NCBI GenBank assembly: GCA_031255755.1
Contig: JAIRRX010000023.1
Span: 1 to 52,641 of the forward strand
DNA from: Prevotellaceae bacterium
GTDB taxonomy: Bacteria; Bacteroidota; Bacteroidia; Bacteroidales; UBA932
Length of the DNA: 52,641 nt
Reading direction: 5' to 3'
Positions within the stretch are counted from its first letter, which is position 1, and every line of letters begins with the position of its first letter. The notes below the pieces were generated by a model. The model was not told the origin of the DNA, made no database searches, and saw nothing but the letters and a program-made list of their open reading frames with translations. Of this stretch, positions 26,547 to 36,749 are shown in pieces. The position numbers and the translations under genes are program-made.

Positions 26547-27851
26547 TTAATTAACTATAAATTTCAGACTGTAAATTGCCTGCAACATTTCTATTTCATG
26601 TAAAATTTTGTTTTGCTTTGCCAGTTCTTCGGCGATAATTTCGTGAATCAAATCGTTAACGCCGGCTGTTCCTCCGTTTACTTTTGACTCAACTGACAGT
26701 TTTACGGAACTTTGCAATGAAATTATTTCGTCATCCAGTTTCAACATTTCTCTATATTTGTCAATCTCGTTTTCTTTACTTGACCGACTGAGCGAAGTGT
26801 TAAACATAAACGTTTCACGCTGAATAGAAATTGCATTGCGATTGGAATTAAGCAGATTTTGACTGTTTTTGAAAGTATATAAATTGCCGATATTCCACGT
26901 CAGGCGTATTCCTCCGATATAATATGCCGAAAAATCGTTTTTCAACATATTCAATCCTGGATTTCCGTAACCGACTGTAAAAAAAAGTCCTATACGCGGC
27001 ATCAAGCCTGCTTTGAGTTCGTTTCTGGCTGCATCGATTGATACCAAACGACTGTCATACAGCGACAGTTCAGGTCGGGAAATTTCCTTTGAAAGCAGAT
27101 AGGTTATTTCCGGTTTTTTCAGTGAAATATTTTCATCTAATTTCTCGCCAATAAACGCTGCAAGCATTTGCAGATTTGCTTTCCGATTGTGCGCTATTTG
27201 TGTAAAAGTTTGCTTTGCTTTCAGTTGCTCTGCCTTAACAGCATTTACATCGGCTTGATTGGCAAGTCCGCTTTTTACAAGTGCGTTTATATGGTCAAAT
27301 TTTTGCTGCAATTCGTCCTGAAACAAACGGTTTTGTTCTATCAGAGCATCACAGAGTAAAATTCCGAAAAAGAGTTGATTTACACGTTCTTTGAGCGCAT
27401 ACAGACTGACATCCAATTCTGCTTTTTCAGTGTCAATATTCGCTTTGACTGTTTTACTGTTAGCACTGGAAAAACCGCCATCCCACAATGTCTGGCTCAT
27501 TTCTACGGTTGCTCCATACTGGTCTTTGTTCAATTCCGGGATTTTCATTTCTATCGGTTGCGGAAAGGAAACCTGCGAAAAATCAATAGGAATTTTCGTA
27601 ACATCAGATTGATAACTTGCTTTTGCCGACAGTTGTATTTGCGGCAACCAAGTCTTTCCTATGTTCGACAGACTGTAATTGCGTGTCTGTTCAATCAAAT
27701 CGTACTGCCTGACAAGCGGATAGTTAGCCATCGCTTTTTCATAACAATCTTCGATGCTTAATTGTGCAAATGTTTGTACCGTTATCAAAAAAGCCAATAA
27801 TAAAAATATAGATTTCTTGTATCTTTTTTGTAATGTGTGATAATTAAACAT
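26547..27851 (-). CDS. TolC-family outer membrane efflux protein
   Basis: 434 aa. Signal peptide and two OEP repeats. Lies 5 nt upstream of the HlyD gene. Confidence 0.8.
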   Translation of the reverse strand: MFNYHTLQKRYKKSIFLLLAFLITVQTFAQLSIEDCYEKAMANYPLVRQYDLIEQTRNYSLSNIGKTWLPQIQLSAKASYQSDVTKIPIDFSQVSFPQPIEMKIPELNKDQYGATVEMSQTLWDGGFSSANSKTVKANIDTEKAELDVSLYALKERVNQLFFGILLCDALIEQNRLFQDELQQKFDHINALVKSGLANQADVNAVKAEQLKAKQTFTQIAHNRKANLQMLAAFIGEKLDENISLKKPEITYLLSKEISRPELSLYDSRLVSIDAARNELKAGLMPRIGLFFTVGYGNPGLNMLKNDFSAYYIGGIRLTWNIGNLYTFKNSQNLLNSNRNAISIQRETFMFNTSLSRSSKENEIDKYREMLKLDDEIISLQSSVKLSVESKVNGGTAGVNDLIHEIIAEELAKQNKILHEIEMLQAIYSLKFIVN

Positions 27852-27902
27852 AATTATTCAATATAATTGTTCAACATTTTTGTTTATTAATTTTGAAAAA
27901 AA

Positions 27903-28523
27903 TTATGGACGCAAAGCGTTCAAAATAAACTGTATATTACTTTCACGCCTTTCTTTCAATATTTTTTCTATTGTCTTCCTGTCGTTTGTCTGAAAAATAT
28001 CCTGTATTATAGGCATTGCAATAAAAATTGAAATATTTATAGATATAATATTCATTATAAAATCTTTGAGTGAAATAGGACGTATATTTCCTTTTTCAAT
28101 TTCGGCATTCAGCAAGTTTTCCACTTTGTTTAAAAAGATGGTAAAATGCGGAACTAAAAATTCAAAAACCAGTTCACGGTTGGTTTTGTTTGATAAAATT
28201 TCGTTGAAAATAAATAGAGGCAAACGCGGCTGTTTTGCTACAAAGTTAAATTGCGTTTCAATAATCTGTCTTATTGTTTGTTCAAAAGGAAGATTTTTGT
28301 CAAATATAACTCCAAGCGGCTGCAAAAGATTCTGCATTTTTTTACGAAAAATCATTTGAAACAGTTTTTCTTTTGTGCGAAAATAGTAATGCAGCATCGA
28401 ATGACTTACGTTTGCCCGTTTAGCGATTGCAACCATTTTTGCATTACCGTAACCTTTTTCAAGAAACTCTGTTTCTGCCGCTTCCAAAATGATTTGTTCA
28501 GTGTTTAACTCGTTTTTATTCAT
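27903..28523 (-). CDS. TetR/AcrR-family transcriptional regulator
   Basis: 206 aa. N-terminal HTH AIAKRANVSHSMLHYYFRTKEKLF. First gene of the ABC-2 efflux operon. Confidence 0.85.
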   Translation of the reverse strand: MNKNELNTEQIILEAAETEFLEKGYGNAKMVAIAKRANVSHSMLHYYFRTKEKLFQMIFRKKMQNLLQPLGVIFDKNLPFEQTIRQIIETQFNFVAKQPRLPLFIFNEILSNKTNRELVFEFLVPHFTIFLNKVENLLNAEIEKGNIRPISLKDFIMNIISINISIFIAMPIIQDIFQTNDRKTIEKILKERRESNIQFILNALRP

Positions 28524-28548
28524 ACTGTTTTATTAAATAATTTTGTTA

Positions 28549-28560
28549 GACAATTTTGTC
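28549..28560. promoter_or_regulatory. Palindrome GACAA-TT-TTGTC at the predicted tetR operon transcription start (candidate TetR operator)
   Basis: Perfect 5-bp arms, 4 nt downstream (minus strand) of the -7 box at 28565-28572. Confidence 0.3.
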
Positions 28561-28564
28561 GATA

Positions 28565-28572
28565 CAAAGATA
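28565..28572 (-). promoter_or_regulatory. -7 promoter box TAtcTTTG for the tetR-led ABC-2 efflux operon
   Basis: Plus strand reads CAAAGATA. Lies 42 nt upstream of the ATG at 28523. Confidence 0.5.
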
Positions 28573-28724
28573 TGATATTTTTTTAAATCGTCAACAATTT
28601 TAAAACAGAAATAAAGTATATGTTTCTCTCTTTATTGACTTACATCAAATCGAAACAGTTGAAATTCATTAAATTAAATTTGATGGAAAGAAATTTAGAT
28701 ATTAAAATAACAGTTGATAAATTA

Positions 28725-29486
28725 CTAACATTCAACCGTTAATCCGTCATAAGCGGAATAAACATTTACAGGTAATTCCTTTTCAAGTGTCGAATATAAA
28801 TCAAGTTGATGCGAAATATGCGTAAGATACGCACGCTTAGGCTGCAATTTTTCAATAATTTTAAGAGTTTCGGGCAAACAGAAATGCGATAAATGAGGTT
28901 TGCGCCGCAAAGCATCAATCACAATAATATCTGCATTATACATTTTTTTTAATTCATCATGCGGAATATTATTTGTGTCTGTGATATAGCAAAAATTATG
29001 TATTCTGAAACCAAGTATCGGCAGTTTATAATGAAAGGCTCTGATTGGCGTAACATCAATACCTGCGACACTAAAATTATTTTCATTGATTGTATGAAAT
29101 TCAAATTCGGGAACGCCCGGATATTTAATTATATCAAAAACATAATAAAAAATTTTGCGCAAGGCATCCTGCACGCGCATTTCTGCATATATGTCAATGG
29201 CTTTCTGATTGATATAATTAAGTGCGCGGACATCATCCAAGCCGCCCACATGGTCAATATGAGCATGAGTAATAAGAATTGCATCCAAATCGGTAATATT
29301 TGCACGCAGCATTTGTTGTCGAAAATCAGGACCTGCATCAATCAAAATTTTTTTATTGTCTGTTTCAACCAATACCGATGACCGCAAGCGTTTGTCGCGT
29401 TTGTCCGTTGATTTACAAACTTTACAGTTACAGCCAATCATTGGTGTTCCCTGAGATGTTCCTGTTCCTAAAAATGTTATTTTCAT
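28725..29486 (-). CDS. MBL-fold metallo-hydrolase, PhnP-like
   Basis: 253 aa. N-terminal Cys cluster GCNCKVC followed by ILIDAGPD and THAHIDHVGG (HxHxDH). Confidence 0.7.
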   Translation of the reverse strand: MKITFLGTGTSQGTPMIGCNCKVCKSTDKRDKRLRSSVLVETDNKKILIDAGPDFRQQMLRANITDLDAILITHAHIDHVGGLDDVRALNYINQKAIDIYAEMRVQDALRKIFYYVFDIIKYPGVPEFEFHTINENNFSVAGIDVTPIRAFHYKLPILGFRIHNFCYITDTNNIPHDELKKMYNADIIVIDALRRKPHLSHFCLPETLKIIEKLQPKRAYLTHISHQLDLYSTLEKELPVNVYSAYDGLTVEC

Positions 29487-29564
29487 ACAAAAAAATGCTG
29501 AATTTATATCTTTTGCCTTATTTTACCAAATTTGTCAGCGCATAGATGTAATTCGTTGAGAATG

Positions 29565-29572
29565 CAAATATA
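29565..29572 (-). promoter_or_regulatory. -7 promoter box TAtaTTTG for the PhnP-like MBL gene
   Basis: Plus strand reads CAAATATA. Lies 79 nt upstream of the ATG at 29486. Confidence 0.35.
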
Positions 29573-29770
29573 TTAATTTTATCATGTATCGAAACCGATT
29601 GACAAAAAATAAGAAAGACTATGACAATACAAAAATTACAAAGTTTTGCATCTGTAACAGTTAAAAGTATGTCATTTCAAGAGATTTTTTTATATTGATA
29701 TTAAAGAAACAGAAAAAAGCATATTTCAAATCAATTTTGCAATGATTTTATATTTTGTAAGAATAACTAA

Positions 29771-30565
29771 TCATAACATAAAAACATCACTCGGAGATGT
29801 ACGAGGAAGTACGTAAAGATTAGTTTTTATATCTTTTTCTTTCAATTTGTCGGCAACTGATGTGTATGCAAGTTCGGGTATATTATTTTCTCTGCTTAAA
29901 TGACAAAGCCATATATGAGTTAACTTTTCATTAATATTTTCGGATAAAAATTCCGCAGTCTGCCTGTTGCTCAAATGTCCCGTATTTGCTTTTATCCGTT
30001 GCTGTAACACAACAGGATATTTACTCTTATCAAGCATTTGTTCATCATAATTTGCCTCAATAACCAAATAATTCGCTCTGCAAATATGTTCTTTTGCGTT
30101 TTCACAAATATAACCCAAATCGGTAATAAGCGTAAACCGTTTATCATTAAAACCGACAGTATATCCAACGTTGTCGCAACCGTCATGTGAAACGCCAAAC
30201 GCTTCTATGGTAAAACCATCAATCACAACAGGCATTTTTTTTTCTATAATACGTTTGCCGGTGTTAATCTTTTGCTTTAAAATATAATTGTTATATATTG
30301 CTTCGTGAGTTTTTTCGGTTGCATATACAGGTAAAAATAATTTTTCACTCAACATTCCGACTGATTTTACATGGTCGATATGGTCATGAGTAATAAAAAC
30401 AGCACGAACATTATTTATATTCAATTCTGCATTGTGCAAACGTTTTTTAATATTTCTGAGAGCAATTCCTGCATCAATAAGAATTCCGCAATCTTTGGTT
30501 CCAATATAAAAACAGTTTCCGCTACTGCCGCTTGCAAGACTTATAAAATTAACCTGCATCTTCAT
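29771..30565 (-). CDS. MBL-fold metallo-hydrolase, YycJ/WalJ-like
   Basis: LASGSSGNCFYIG, ILIDAG and THDHIDH motifs. Start set to the ATG at 30565 because the ORF-track start at 30628 overlaps the uppP 3' end. Confidence 0.7.
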   Translation of the reverse strand: MKMQVNFISLASGSSGNCFYIGTKDCGILIDAGIALRNIKKRLHNAELNINNVRAVFITHDHIDHVKSVGMLSEKLFLPVYATEKTHEAIYNNYILKQKINTGKRIIEKKMPVVIDGFTIEAFGVSHDGCDNVGYTVGFNDKRFTLITDLGYICENAKEHICRANYLVIEANYDEQMLDKSKYPVVLQQRIKANTGHLSNRQTAEFLSENINEKLTHIWLCHLSRENNIPELAYTSVADKLKEKDIKTNLYVLPRTSPSDVFML

Positions 30566-30608
30566 TTTGACCTGCAAAGGTAGAAATTTTAAGCAAAATA
30601 TTAAATGT

Positions 30609-31388
30609 TTATAGCAGAATTGCAACAATTCCTGCTATTACACAATAAACTGCAAACCAGACAAGTTTTCCGCGTTTTACTATATTCAGCATCACGGTGC
30701 AAGCAAGCAAGCCGGAAATAAATGCGCCAAAAAATCCTGCAATCATTGCTGTGCCTGATATTGATGTATTGATAAAATTTCCGCCGAATAAATCAAGCAA
30801 TGCTTCGCCCATTACCGGAATCAAAACCATAAGAAATGAAAACTGCGCAACATCTTCTTTTTTGTTTCCCAGCAATAAACCTGTGGCTATCGTACTGCCT
30901 GACCGCGAAAGTCCAGGAAGTACTGCTATTGCCTGCGCTATTCCTATTATGAACGAATCACGAAAAGATATGTTATTTTTTGTGCGCGGTTTGAAACAGT
31001 ATGAAAATATTAACAACAATGCGGTAACAAATAAACAAATTCCGACAATCACAAGTCCGCTGCCGAAAACATTTTCAATCGTATCTTTAAAAAATATTCC
31101 GACTATTGCAACGGGAATCATTGATACGATAAGTTTTGCGATGTATTCGGTTTCGGCGTTCCATTTGAACTTGAACAGTCCGACAAACAGTTTGATGATA
31201 ATATTCCAAAAAACAACAACCGTACTTAACACCGTAGCAGCATGTACAACAATCGCAAACGACATGTTTCCGTCTGTATTTGTATTAAACAGTTTGGCTC
31301 CTATCTGTAAATGTCCGCTGCTGCTTACAGGTAAAAATTCGGTAATGCCCTGCACAATACCGAGTATCAGCGCTTCAAACCAGTTCAT
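30609..31388 (-). CDS. uppP: Undecaprenyl-diphosphate phosphatase
   Basis: 259 aa polytopic protein. Motifs LPVSSSGHL and [10 protein letters not shown] are characteristic of BacA/UppP. Confidence 0.9.
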   Translation of the reverse strand: MNWFEALILGIVQGITEFLPVSSSGHLQIGAKLFNTNTDGNMSFAIVVHAATVLSTVVVFWNIIIKLFVGLFKFKWNAETEYIAKLIVSMIPVAIVGIFFKDTIENVFGSGLVIVGICLFVTALLLIFSYCFKPRTKNNISFRDSFIIGIAQAIAVLPGLSRSGSTIATGLLLGNKKEDVAQFSFLMVLIPVMGEALLDLFGGNFINTSISGTAMIAGFFGAFISGLLACTVMLNIVKRGKLVWFAVYCVIAGIVAILL

Positions 31389-31660
31389 TTGTTTTCTTTT
31401 GGCTTACGCATAATTGCATATCCTACAAAAATAAATCCTGCGACAACTATTATCGGAGCAAACGTTATGCGCTGAAAACTGAACATTTCGTTTGCATCAA
31501 ATTTTGCAGGGTCGGCATTGCCTCCGCCAAGCATTAACAAAAATCCCAAAACTATAATAATACAACCTATTGCCATAAATTTATAATTTTGTTTGGGCAT
31601 TGCAAAATTTTTATTTTCATTCTCTTTCGTTGGTGTAGCAGATTTTCTGATTGTTGCCAT
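31385..31660 (-). CDS. Small two-TM membrane protein (DUF3098-like)
   Basis: 91 aa with two hydrophobic helices. Sits between ftsX and uppP, which I recall as a conserved Bacteroidetes position. Overlaps uppP by 4 nt. Confidence 0.55.
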   Translation of the reverse strand: MATIRKSATPTKENENKNFAMPKQNYKFMAIGCIIIVLGFLLMLGGGNADPAKFDANEMFSFQRITFAPIIVVAGFIFVGYAIMRKPKENK

Positions 31661-31688
31661 ATTGTATATTTATTTTATTGTAAAAAGT

Positions 31689-32567
31689 TTAATAATATAA
31701 TTTATCAAGATTAATCCGTATATATTTTCTAACTGCAAAATATGTTGAAATATAATTAATTCCTATGCCAAGAAGCAATATTCCAAACAGAAGAACAAGC
31801 ATTGTTTCCATATCGGCAATTTCTATAATGTCGCTAAATTCCGATTGCAGAGCATAAATTGCTCCGTACAGTATAATAATAGCAATAAGTCCGGAGATTA
31901 TTCCGCGTAAAACGCTTTGCAGCAAAAAAGGTTTGCTTATAAAATATTGAGTTGCTCCTACAAGTTTCATGTTATGAATTGCAAAACGTTTTGCATATAC
32001 CGACAAACGAATTGTATGATTAATAAGAACTATTGATACAAATAACAGCAATAAAATAAATATTGCCATTACCAGATTTATTTTGTTAATATTTGCATTT
32101 ACCAAACTCAAAACCGATTTTTCATATTTCACGGATTCTACTTGCGGCATTGATTCAAGTTGTTGTTGAATAACACTAATGCTGTCAATGGATGAATAAG
32201 TTGATGAAATCCATATTTCTATTGATTCGGGTAATGGATTACCGTCAAGAATTGCCAAAAAGTCTTTTCCCATTTCTTTTTCAAAATTCTTTGCGGCATC
32301 TTCTTTGGAAATATATTTTGTTTCGCGTGTATAAGGCATAATATCAATCTGTTTGCGAAACTGCGAAATATCGCTTTCTTTCAAACCTTCATTAAGATAT
32401 ACATCAATATAAATGCTGTCGCGAAAATATTTTGTTACTTGACTTGCATTAATGTAAAAAAGCCCAGCCATGCCAAGCAAAAAAAGCACAAGCGACATGC
32501 TTATAATTGACGACACGTACGAACTGCGCAATCTTACATTTGTTATCTTTTGTTCTTTATTGACCAT
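31689..32567 (-). CDS. ftsX: Cell division protein FtsX-like permease
   Basis: 292 aa. One N-terminal TM, a periplasmic domain, then three C-terminal TMs (FtsX-like permease layout). Confidence 0.8.
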   Translation of the reverse strand: MVNKEQKITNVRLRSSYVSSIISMSLVLFLLGMAGLFYINASQVTKYFRDSIYIDVYLNEGLKESDISQFRKQIDIMPYTRETKYISKEDAAKNFEKEMGKDFLAILDGNPLPESIEIWISSTYSSIDSISVIQQQLESMPQVESVKYEKSVLSLVNANINKINLVMAIFILLLLFVSIVLINHTIRLSVYAKRFAIHNMKLVGATQYFISKPFLLQSVLRGIISGLIAIIILYGAIYALQSEFSDIIEIADMETMLVLLFGILLLGIGINYISTYFAVRKYIRINLDKLYY

Positions 32568-32584
32568 TTCAAATATAATAAATG

Positions 32585-32592
32585 CAAAGGTA
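32585..32592 (-). promoter_or_regulatory. -7 promoter box TAccTTTG for the ftsX-DUF3098-uppP-MBL operon
   Basis: Plus strand reads CAAAGGTA. Lies 18 nt upstream of the ATG at 32567. Confidence 0.5.
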
Positions 32593-32827
32593 ACAAAATT
32601 AATTTTGATAATGGTTAAAAATATTTTTTTTATTTTTACATATCAAATAAATAGTTTACAGTTTTTCAAGTCATAATATGATAAACATTTAATACTGTAA
32701 AGTTTGCATTTTTAGAATAATTTTACAGAGATTAAATAACTGACAAATAATATCTCTTTATATTATTTTATGAAAGATGATAAAAAAATAAATATGTGAT
32801 TTTGGTATCATAATTCAAAAAAAATAT

Positions 32828-32835
32828 TATATTTG
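32828..32835 (+). promoter_or_regulatory. -7 promoter box TAtaTTTG for pepD (and probably recQ)
   Basis: Lies 22 nt upstream of the ATG at 32857. Confidence 0.55.
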
Positions 32836-32856
32836 CAAAAAAATAAATTTAATATT

Positions 32857-34299
32857 ATGAATATTCAAGACCTTGAACCGCGTATAGTGTTCAAATTTTT
32901 CAGGGAAATACTCACAATCCCGCGTCCGTCTAAAAAAGAGGGCAAAATTATAAAATATCTGCTTGATTTTGCAGAAAAATATAATCTAAAAGCCAAAACC
33001 GACAAGGCAGGAAATGTGTTGATAAGCAAAGATGCTACGGCAAGCTGTAAAAATCTGCCGACTATTGTTCTGCAAAGCCATGTGGACATGGTTTGTGAAA
33101 AAAATAATGATGTTGTTTTCGATTTTGATAATGATGCAATTCAGGCTTATGTTGATGGTAATTGGGTAAAAGCAAAAGGCACTACGCTCGGAGCCGATTG
33201 CGGAATAGGAATTGCCGCCCAGCTTGCAATACTTGCTTCAAACGATATTGAACATGGAAATCTGGAATGTCTTTTTACGGTTGACGAAGAAACAGGTCTT
33301 ACAGGCGCTTTTGAACTTGAACCTGATTTTTTTACAGGCAAAATTCTCTTAAATCTTGATTCGGAAGATGAAGGTGAAATATTTATCGGCTGCGCAGGCG
33401 GACGCGATACATTGGGAAAAATCGCATACGCCGAAGTTAATGCTCCTGAAAAAGAAATTGCATTACGCATCGATGTAAAAGGTCTGAAAGGCGGACACAG
33501 CGGAGACGATATAAACAAAGGTCTTGCATGTGCAAATAAAATATTGAACAGGTTGCTTTATCCGTTTTTTGACGATATTGAAATCAATAAGTTTGATGGA
33601 GGAAATCTTCGTAATGCTATTGCTCGCGAGGCTTATGCAATTATAACAATTTCACCGGACAAGGCTGTTGAATTTAAAAAACATGCAGTTAAATTTGAAG
33701 AAGAAGTACGTTATGAATATCGCAGCACAGAACCTGATATGAAGATTATCGTTACCGAAACGGAGAAACCCGCAACAGTAATTGACAGTAAGGCAAAATT
33801 TTCGTTGATGAACTGTCTGTATGCATGTCCACACGGAGTTTTGGCAATGTCGCGTGAAATACCGAATTTGGTTGAAACATCAACAAATCTTGCATCGGTA
33901 AAAATGGATGGTAAATATATAAATATAGCAACAAGTCAGCGCAGCGCCGTAAATACATCAAAAGATGATGCTTGTGCCTGTGTTGCTGCGTGTTTTAAAC
34001 TTGTAGGCGCAGAGGTTTTGCATGGCGATGGATATCCGGGCTGGATACCTAATCCCGATTCGTCAATACTTGCTGTTGCCGAAAACGTTTACGAGAAAAC
34101 TTTCGATAAAAAACCACTGGTAAAAGCAATACACGCAGGATTGGAATGTGGTCTGTTTCTTGAAAAATATCCGGATTTGGATATGATTTCATTCGGACCA
34201 ACTCTTCGCGGAGTGCATTCACCTGACGAACGTTTGGATATTGCTTCTGTGCAAAAATTCTGGCTGTTATTAATAAATATCCTTAAAGAGCTTAAATAG
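32857..34299 (+). CDS. pepD: Aminoacyl-histidine (Xaa-His) dipeptidase, M20 family
   Basis: N-terminus LEPRIVFKFFREILTIPRPS, metal ligand motifs HVDMV and DEETG. Start moved to the ATG at 32857 because the track start at 32833 is a TTG lying inside the -7 box. Confidence 0.85.
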   Translation: MNIQDLEPRIVFKFFREILTIPRPSKKEGKIIKYLLDFAEKYNLKAKTDKAGNVLISKDATASCKNLPTIVLQSHVDMVCEKNNDVVFDFDNDAIQAYVDGNWVKAKGTTLGADCGIGIAAQLAILASNDIEHGNLECLFTVDEETGLTGAFELEPDFFTGKILLNLDSEDEGEIFIGCAGGRDTLGKIAYAEVNAPEKEIALRIDVKGLKGGHSGDDINKGLACANKILNRLLYPFFDDIEINKFDGGNLRNAIAREAYAIITISPDKAVEFKKHAVKFEEEVRYEYRSTEPDMKIIVTETEKPATVIDSKAKFSLMNCLYACPHGVLAMSREIPNLVETSTNLASVKMDGKYINIATSQRSAVNTSKDDACACVAACFKLVGAEVLHGDGYPGWIPNPDSSILAVAENVYEKTFDKKPLVKAIHAGLECGLFLEKYPDLDMISFGPTLRGVHSPDERLDIASVQKFWLLLINILKELK

Positions 34300-34359
34300 A
34301 ATACAGGCAAACAGTCGCAATATTCCGAATGTAGCGTAATTATTAATAAACAAATAATT

Positions 34360-36264
34360 TTGAATCAGTTTCAAAAAATATTGTTTGAACATTGGGGATA
34401 TTCTCAGTTCCGTCCGTTACAGGAAGAAATCATAACATCTGTTTATAACGGAAATGATACTCTTGCGCTTATGCCTACGGGAGGCGGCAAATCAATAACA
34501 TTTCAAGTTCCATCTCTCGCAAAAGATGGCACTTGCATAGTAATAACGCCGCTTATTGCTTTGATGAAAGATCAGGTCGAAAATCTTAAAAATCGCGGTA
34601 TTCGCGCTCTTGCCATACATTCTGGAATGAATGCCCGTGAAATTGAAATAACTTTGGATAATGCCAAATACGGTAATTACAAGTTTTTATACATGTCTCC
34701 GGAGCGCTTGGCTACGCCGAAAATACGCGCCGATATTGAACGAATGAAAATAAATCTTATTGCTGTTGACGAATCTCACTGTATTTCGCAGTGGGGTTAT
34801 GATTTTCGTCCGCAATATTTGCAAATAGCCGAAATTCGCGATATTTTACCTGACACGCCTATACTTGCACTGACAGCAACTGCAACGCCGGAAGTTGTTG
34901 ATGACATAATGGAAAAATTACGTTTCAGAAAAAAAAATGTACTTCAAAAAAGTTTTGAACGTAAAAATTTATCTTACATCGTACGTAACATAGAAGACAA
35001 ACAGCTATATTTGAAAAAAATTGCTGAAACCACTCACGGTTCGGGAATAGTATATGTCAGAAACCGCAAAAAAACAAAGGAAATAGCCTTCTTTCTAAAT
35101 TCAACAGGCATCAGCGCTGATTATTATCACGCAGGGCTTTCTCCTGAAATCCGTTCGCATAAACAGGATTTGTGGAAATCTGGAAAAATAAGGGTGATAG
35201 TTGCCACAAACGCATTCGGTATGGGAATTGACAAGCCTGATGTCAGGTTTGTTGTTCATTTGGATTTACCCGAGTCGCTGGAAGCATATTTTCAGGAAGC
35301 GGGACGCGCAGGCAGAGATAGTAAAAGGGCTTATGCGGTATTGCTGTACAACAACAGCGACAAAGTAAAGTTTGAACAGCAGTTCAAAATGGCTTTTCCT
35401 CCAATCGAAACTATAAAAACAATTTATCAGTCTGTATGTTCGTATTTAGGTGTTGCTTACGGTGATGGTAAAGGCATGGCGTTTGATTTCAACTTAATAG
35501 ACTTTTCCGTTCATGCAAAAATATATTCGCTGACTGTATTAAATGCATTAAAAATTCTTGAATATGAAAATTATTTGCATGTTACCGATGAAATAAACTC
35601 TCCTTCTCGACTGATGTTTATTGTCAACAGAGATGATTTGTATAAAATTCAAGTTGAAAATAAAGCTTTGGATTCGTTTATAAAAATTCTCTTGCGGGCA
35701 TATACCGGACTGTTCTCAAATTTTACAAATATCGATGAAACATATCTTGCAAAATTTGGACACACAACCGTAGATGTAATAAGAGAATATCTCATACAGT
35801 TAAGCAAAAAACATTTGATTTCCTATATTCCGCAAAGACGCACGCCTTTACTTATATTAGACGAAAGCAGAATGGAAGAAGCAAACGTAAGAATTTCGCC
35901 AGAAAATTACAAATTCCGTAAAGAGCGTTATAAAAATCGAATGGATGCAATGATAAATTATGCGCTGTCAACAACAAAGTGCCGAAGTCAGATTTTACTT
36001 TCGTATTTCGGTGAAAACAATACTTACCGCTGCGGACAGTGCGATATATGCAAAACCAGAAACGAACTGGACATAAGCGCTTATGATTTTGACAGGATTG
36101 TAGATGAATTAAAAAAGCGGCTTACAGACAGCGAAGTCAAACTGTCGGATATTGTCAATAATATTAACATTTCATCGGACAAGGTTATCAAAGTCGTACG
36201 CTGGCTTTTAGACAATGGAAAAATAATTGAAAACGAAAACGGAAAACTGACTTGGGAAAAATAA
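34360..36264 (+). CDS. recQ: ATP-dependent DNA helicase RecQ
   Basis: 634 aa. FGYSQFRPLQEEII, Walker A MPTGGGKS, DESHCISQWGYDFRP, and a Zn-binding cluster CRSQ...CGQCDIC. Apparent TTG start. Confidence 0.9.
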   Translation: MNQFQKILFEHWGYSQFRPLQEEIITSVYNGNDTLALMPTGGGKSITFQVPSLAKDGTCIVITPLIALMKDQVENLKNRGIRALAIHSGMNAREIEITLDNAKYGNYKFLYMSPERLATPKIRADIERMKINLIAVDESHCISQWGYDFRPQYLQIAEIRDILPDTPILALTATATPEVVDDIMEKLRFRKKNVLQKSFERKNLSYIVRNIEDKQLYLKKIAETTHGSGIVYVRNRKKTKEIAFFLNSTGISADYYHAGLSPEIRSHKQDLWKSGKIRVIVATNAFGMGIDKPDVRFVVHLDLPESLEAYFQEAGRAGRDSKRAYAVLLYNNSDKVKFEQQFKMAFPPIETIKTIYQSVCSYLGVAYGDGKGMAFDFNLIDFSVHAKIYSLTVLNALKILEYENYLHVTDEINSPSRLMFIVNRDDLYKIQVENKALDSFIKILLRAYTGLFSNFTNIDETYLAKFGHTTVDVIREYLIQLSKKHLISYIPQRRTPLLILDESRMEEANVRISPENYKFRKERYKNRMDAMINYALSTTKCRSQILLSYFGENNTYRCGQCDICKTRNELDISAYDFDRIVDELKKRLTDSEVKLSDIVNNINISSDKVIKVVRWLLDNGKIIENENGKLTWEK

Positions 36265-36624
36265 AATAATTGTTGGAACGTACAGCTTTTTTAATAAAGA
36301 AAATCATTAAATGGATTATATTAAAAGATGGTTCAAAATAACTTTATATGGTTTATTTCTAAAATTTTTGAGCAAAAAAAAATAATAAATTATGATTTTC
36401 AAATTAGAACTAAATTCACACTATTAAGAACAAATAACTTTAAAATTGCTCTAAACTTCCTCTTCGACCACAAAAAATACGAAAACCGCTTATTTGTATA
36501 TCTTACTTAAGAGTTTGCAAAGGTAGAATTTCCTTTTCAATATTTTGACCCAAAATAAATACTGTGAAATTTGTTTTAAAAAATATAAAATTATTAAAAA
36601 GTTTTGCAGTTAAAATAAATATAT

Positions 36625-36632
36625 TACTTTTG
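36625..36632 (+). promoter_or_regulatory. -7 promoter box TActTTTG for the RRM protein gene
   Basis: A TTTG at 36603-36606 is a possible -33 element. Implies a leader of about 110 nt. Confidence 0.45.
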
Positions 36633-36749
36633 CTGCTGATTTGAGTATTGAATTTTTATCGTTTAGTCTTCTTTTGAAACAACGAAGCAGCCTTTCCTTA
36701 CATTTTCTCTTCTCTATATCATAAATAATTTAATTTTAATAAAAAACAA

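Noticed and set aside
21365-28724. Possible genomic island integrated at the ssrA 3' end (the ABC-2 efflux operon)
   Set aside because: There is no integrase, excisionase or mobility gene. I could see no direct repeat of the ssrA 3' end downstream. Composition looks similar to the flanks by eye. The operon is a common chromosomal type.
30697-31413. A 238-aa ORF on the plus strand, fully antisense to uppP
   Set aside because: It lies entirely within the well-supported uppP gene (SSSGHL and [10 protein letters not shown] motifs). Its low-complexity, Ser/Thr/Asn/Pro/Ile-rich translation looks like the complement of hydrophobic codons. It has no promoter box and no recognisable motif. Judged a shadow ORF.
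36328-36510. A 60-aa ORF in the recQ/RRM spacer
   Set aside because: The AT-rich, Phe/Asn/Lys/Ile-dominated peptide has no promoter box in front and no motif. It is most likely a chance ORF.
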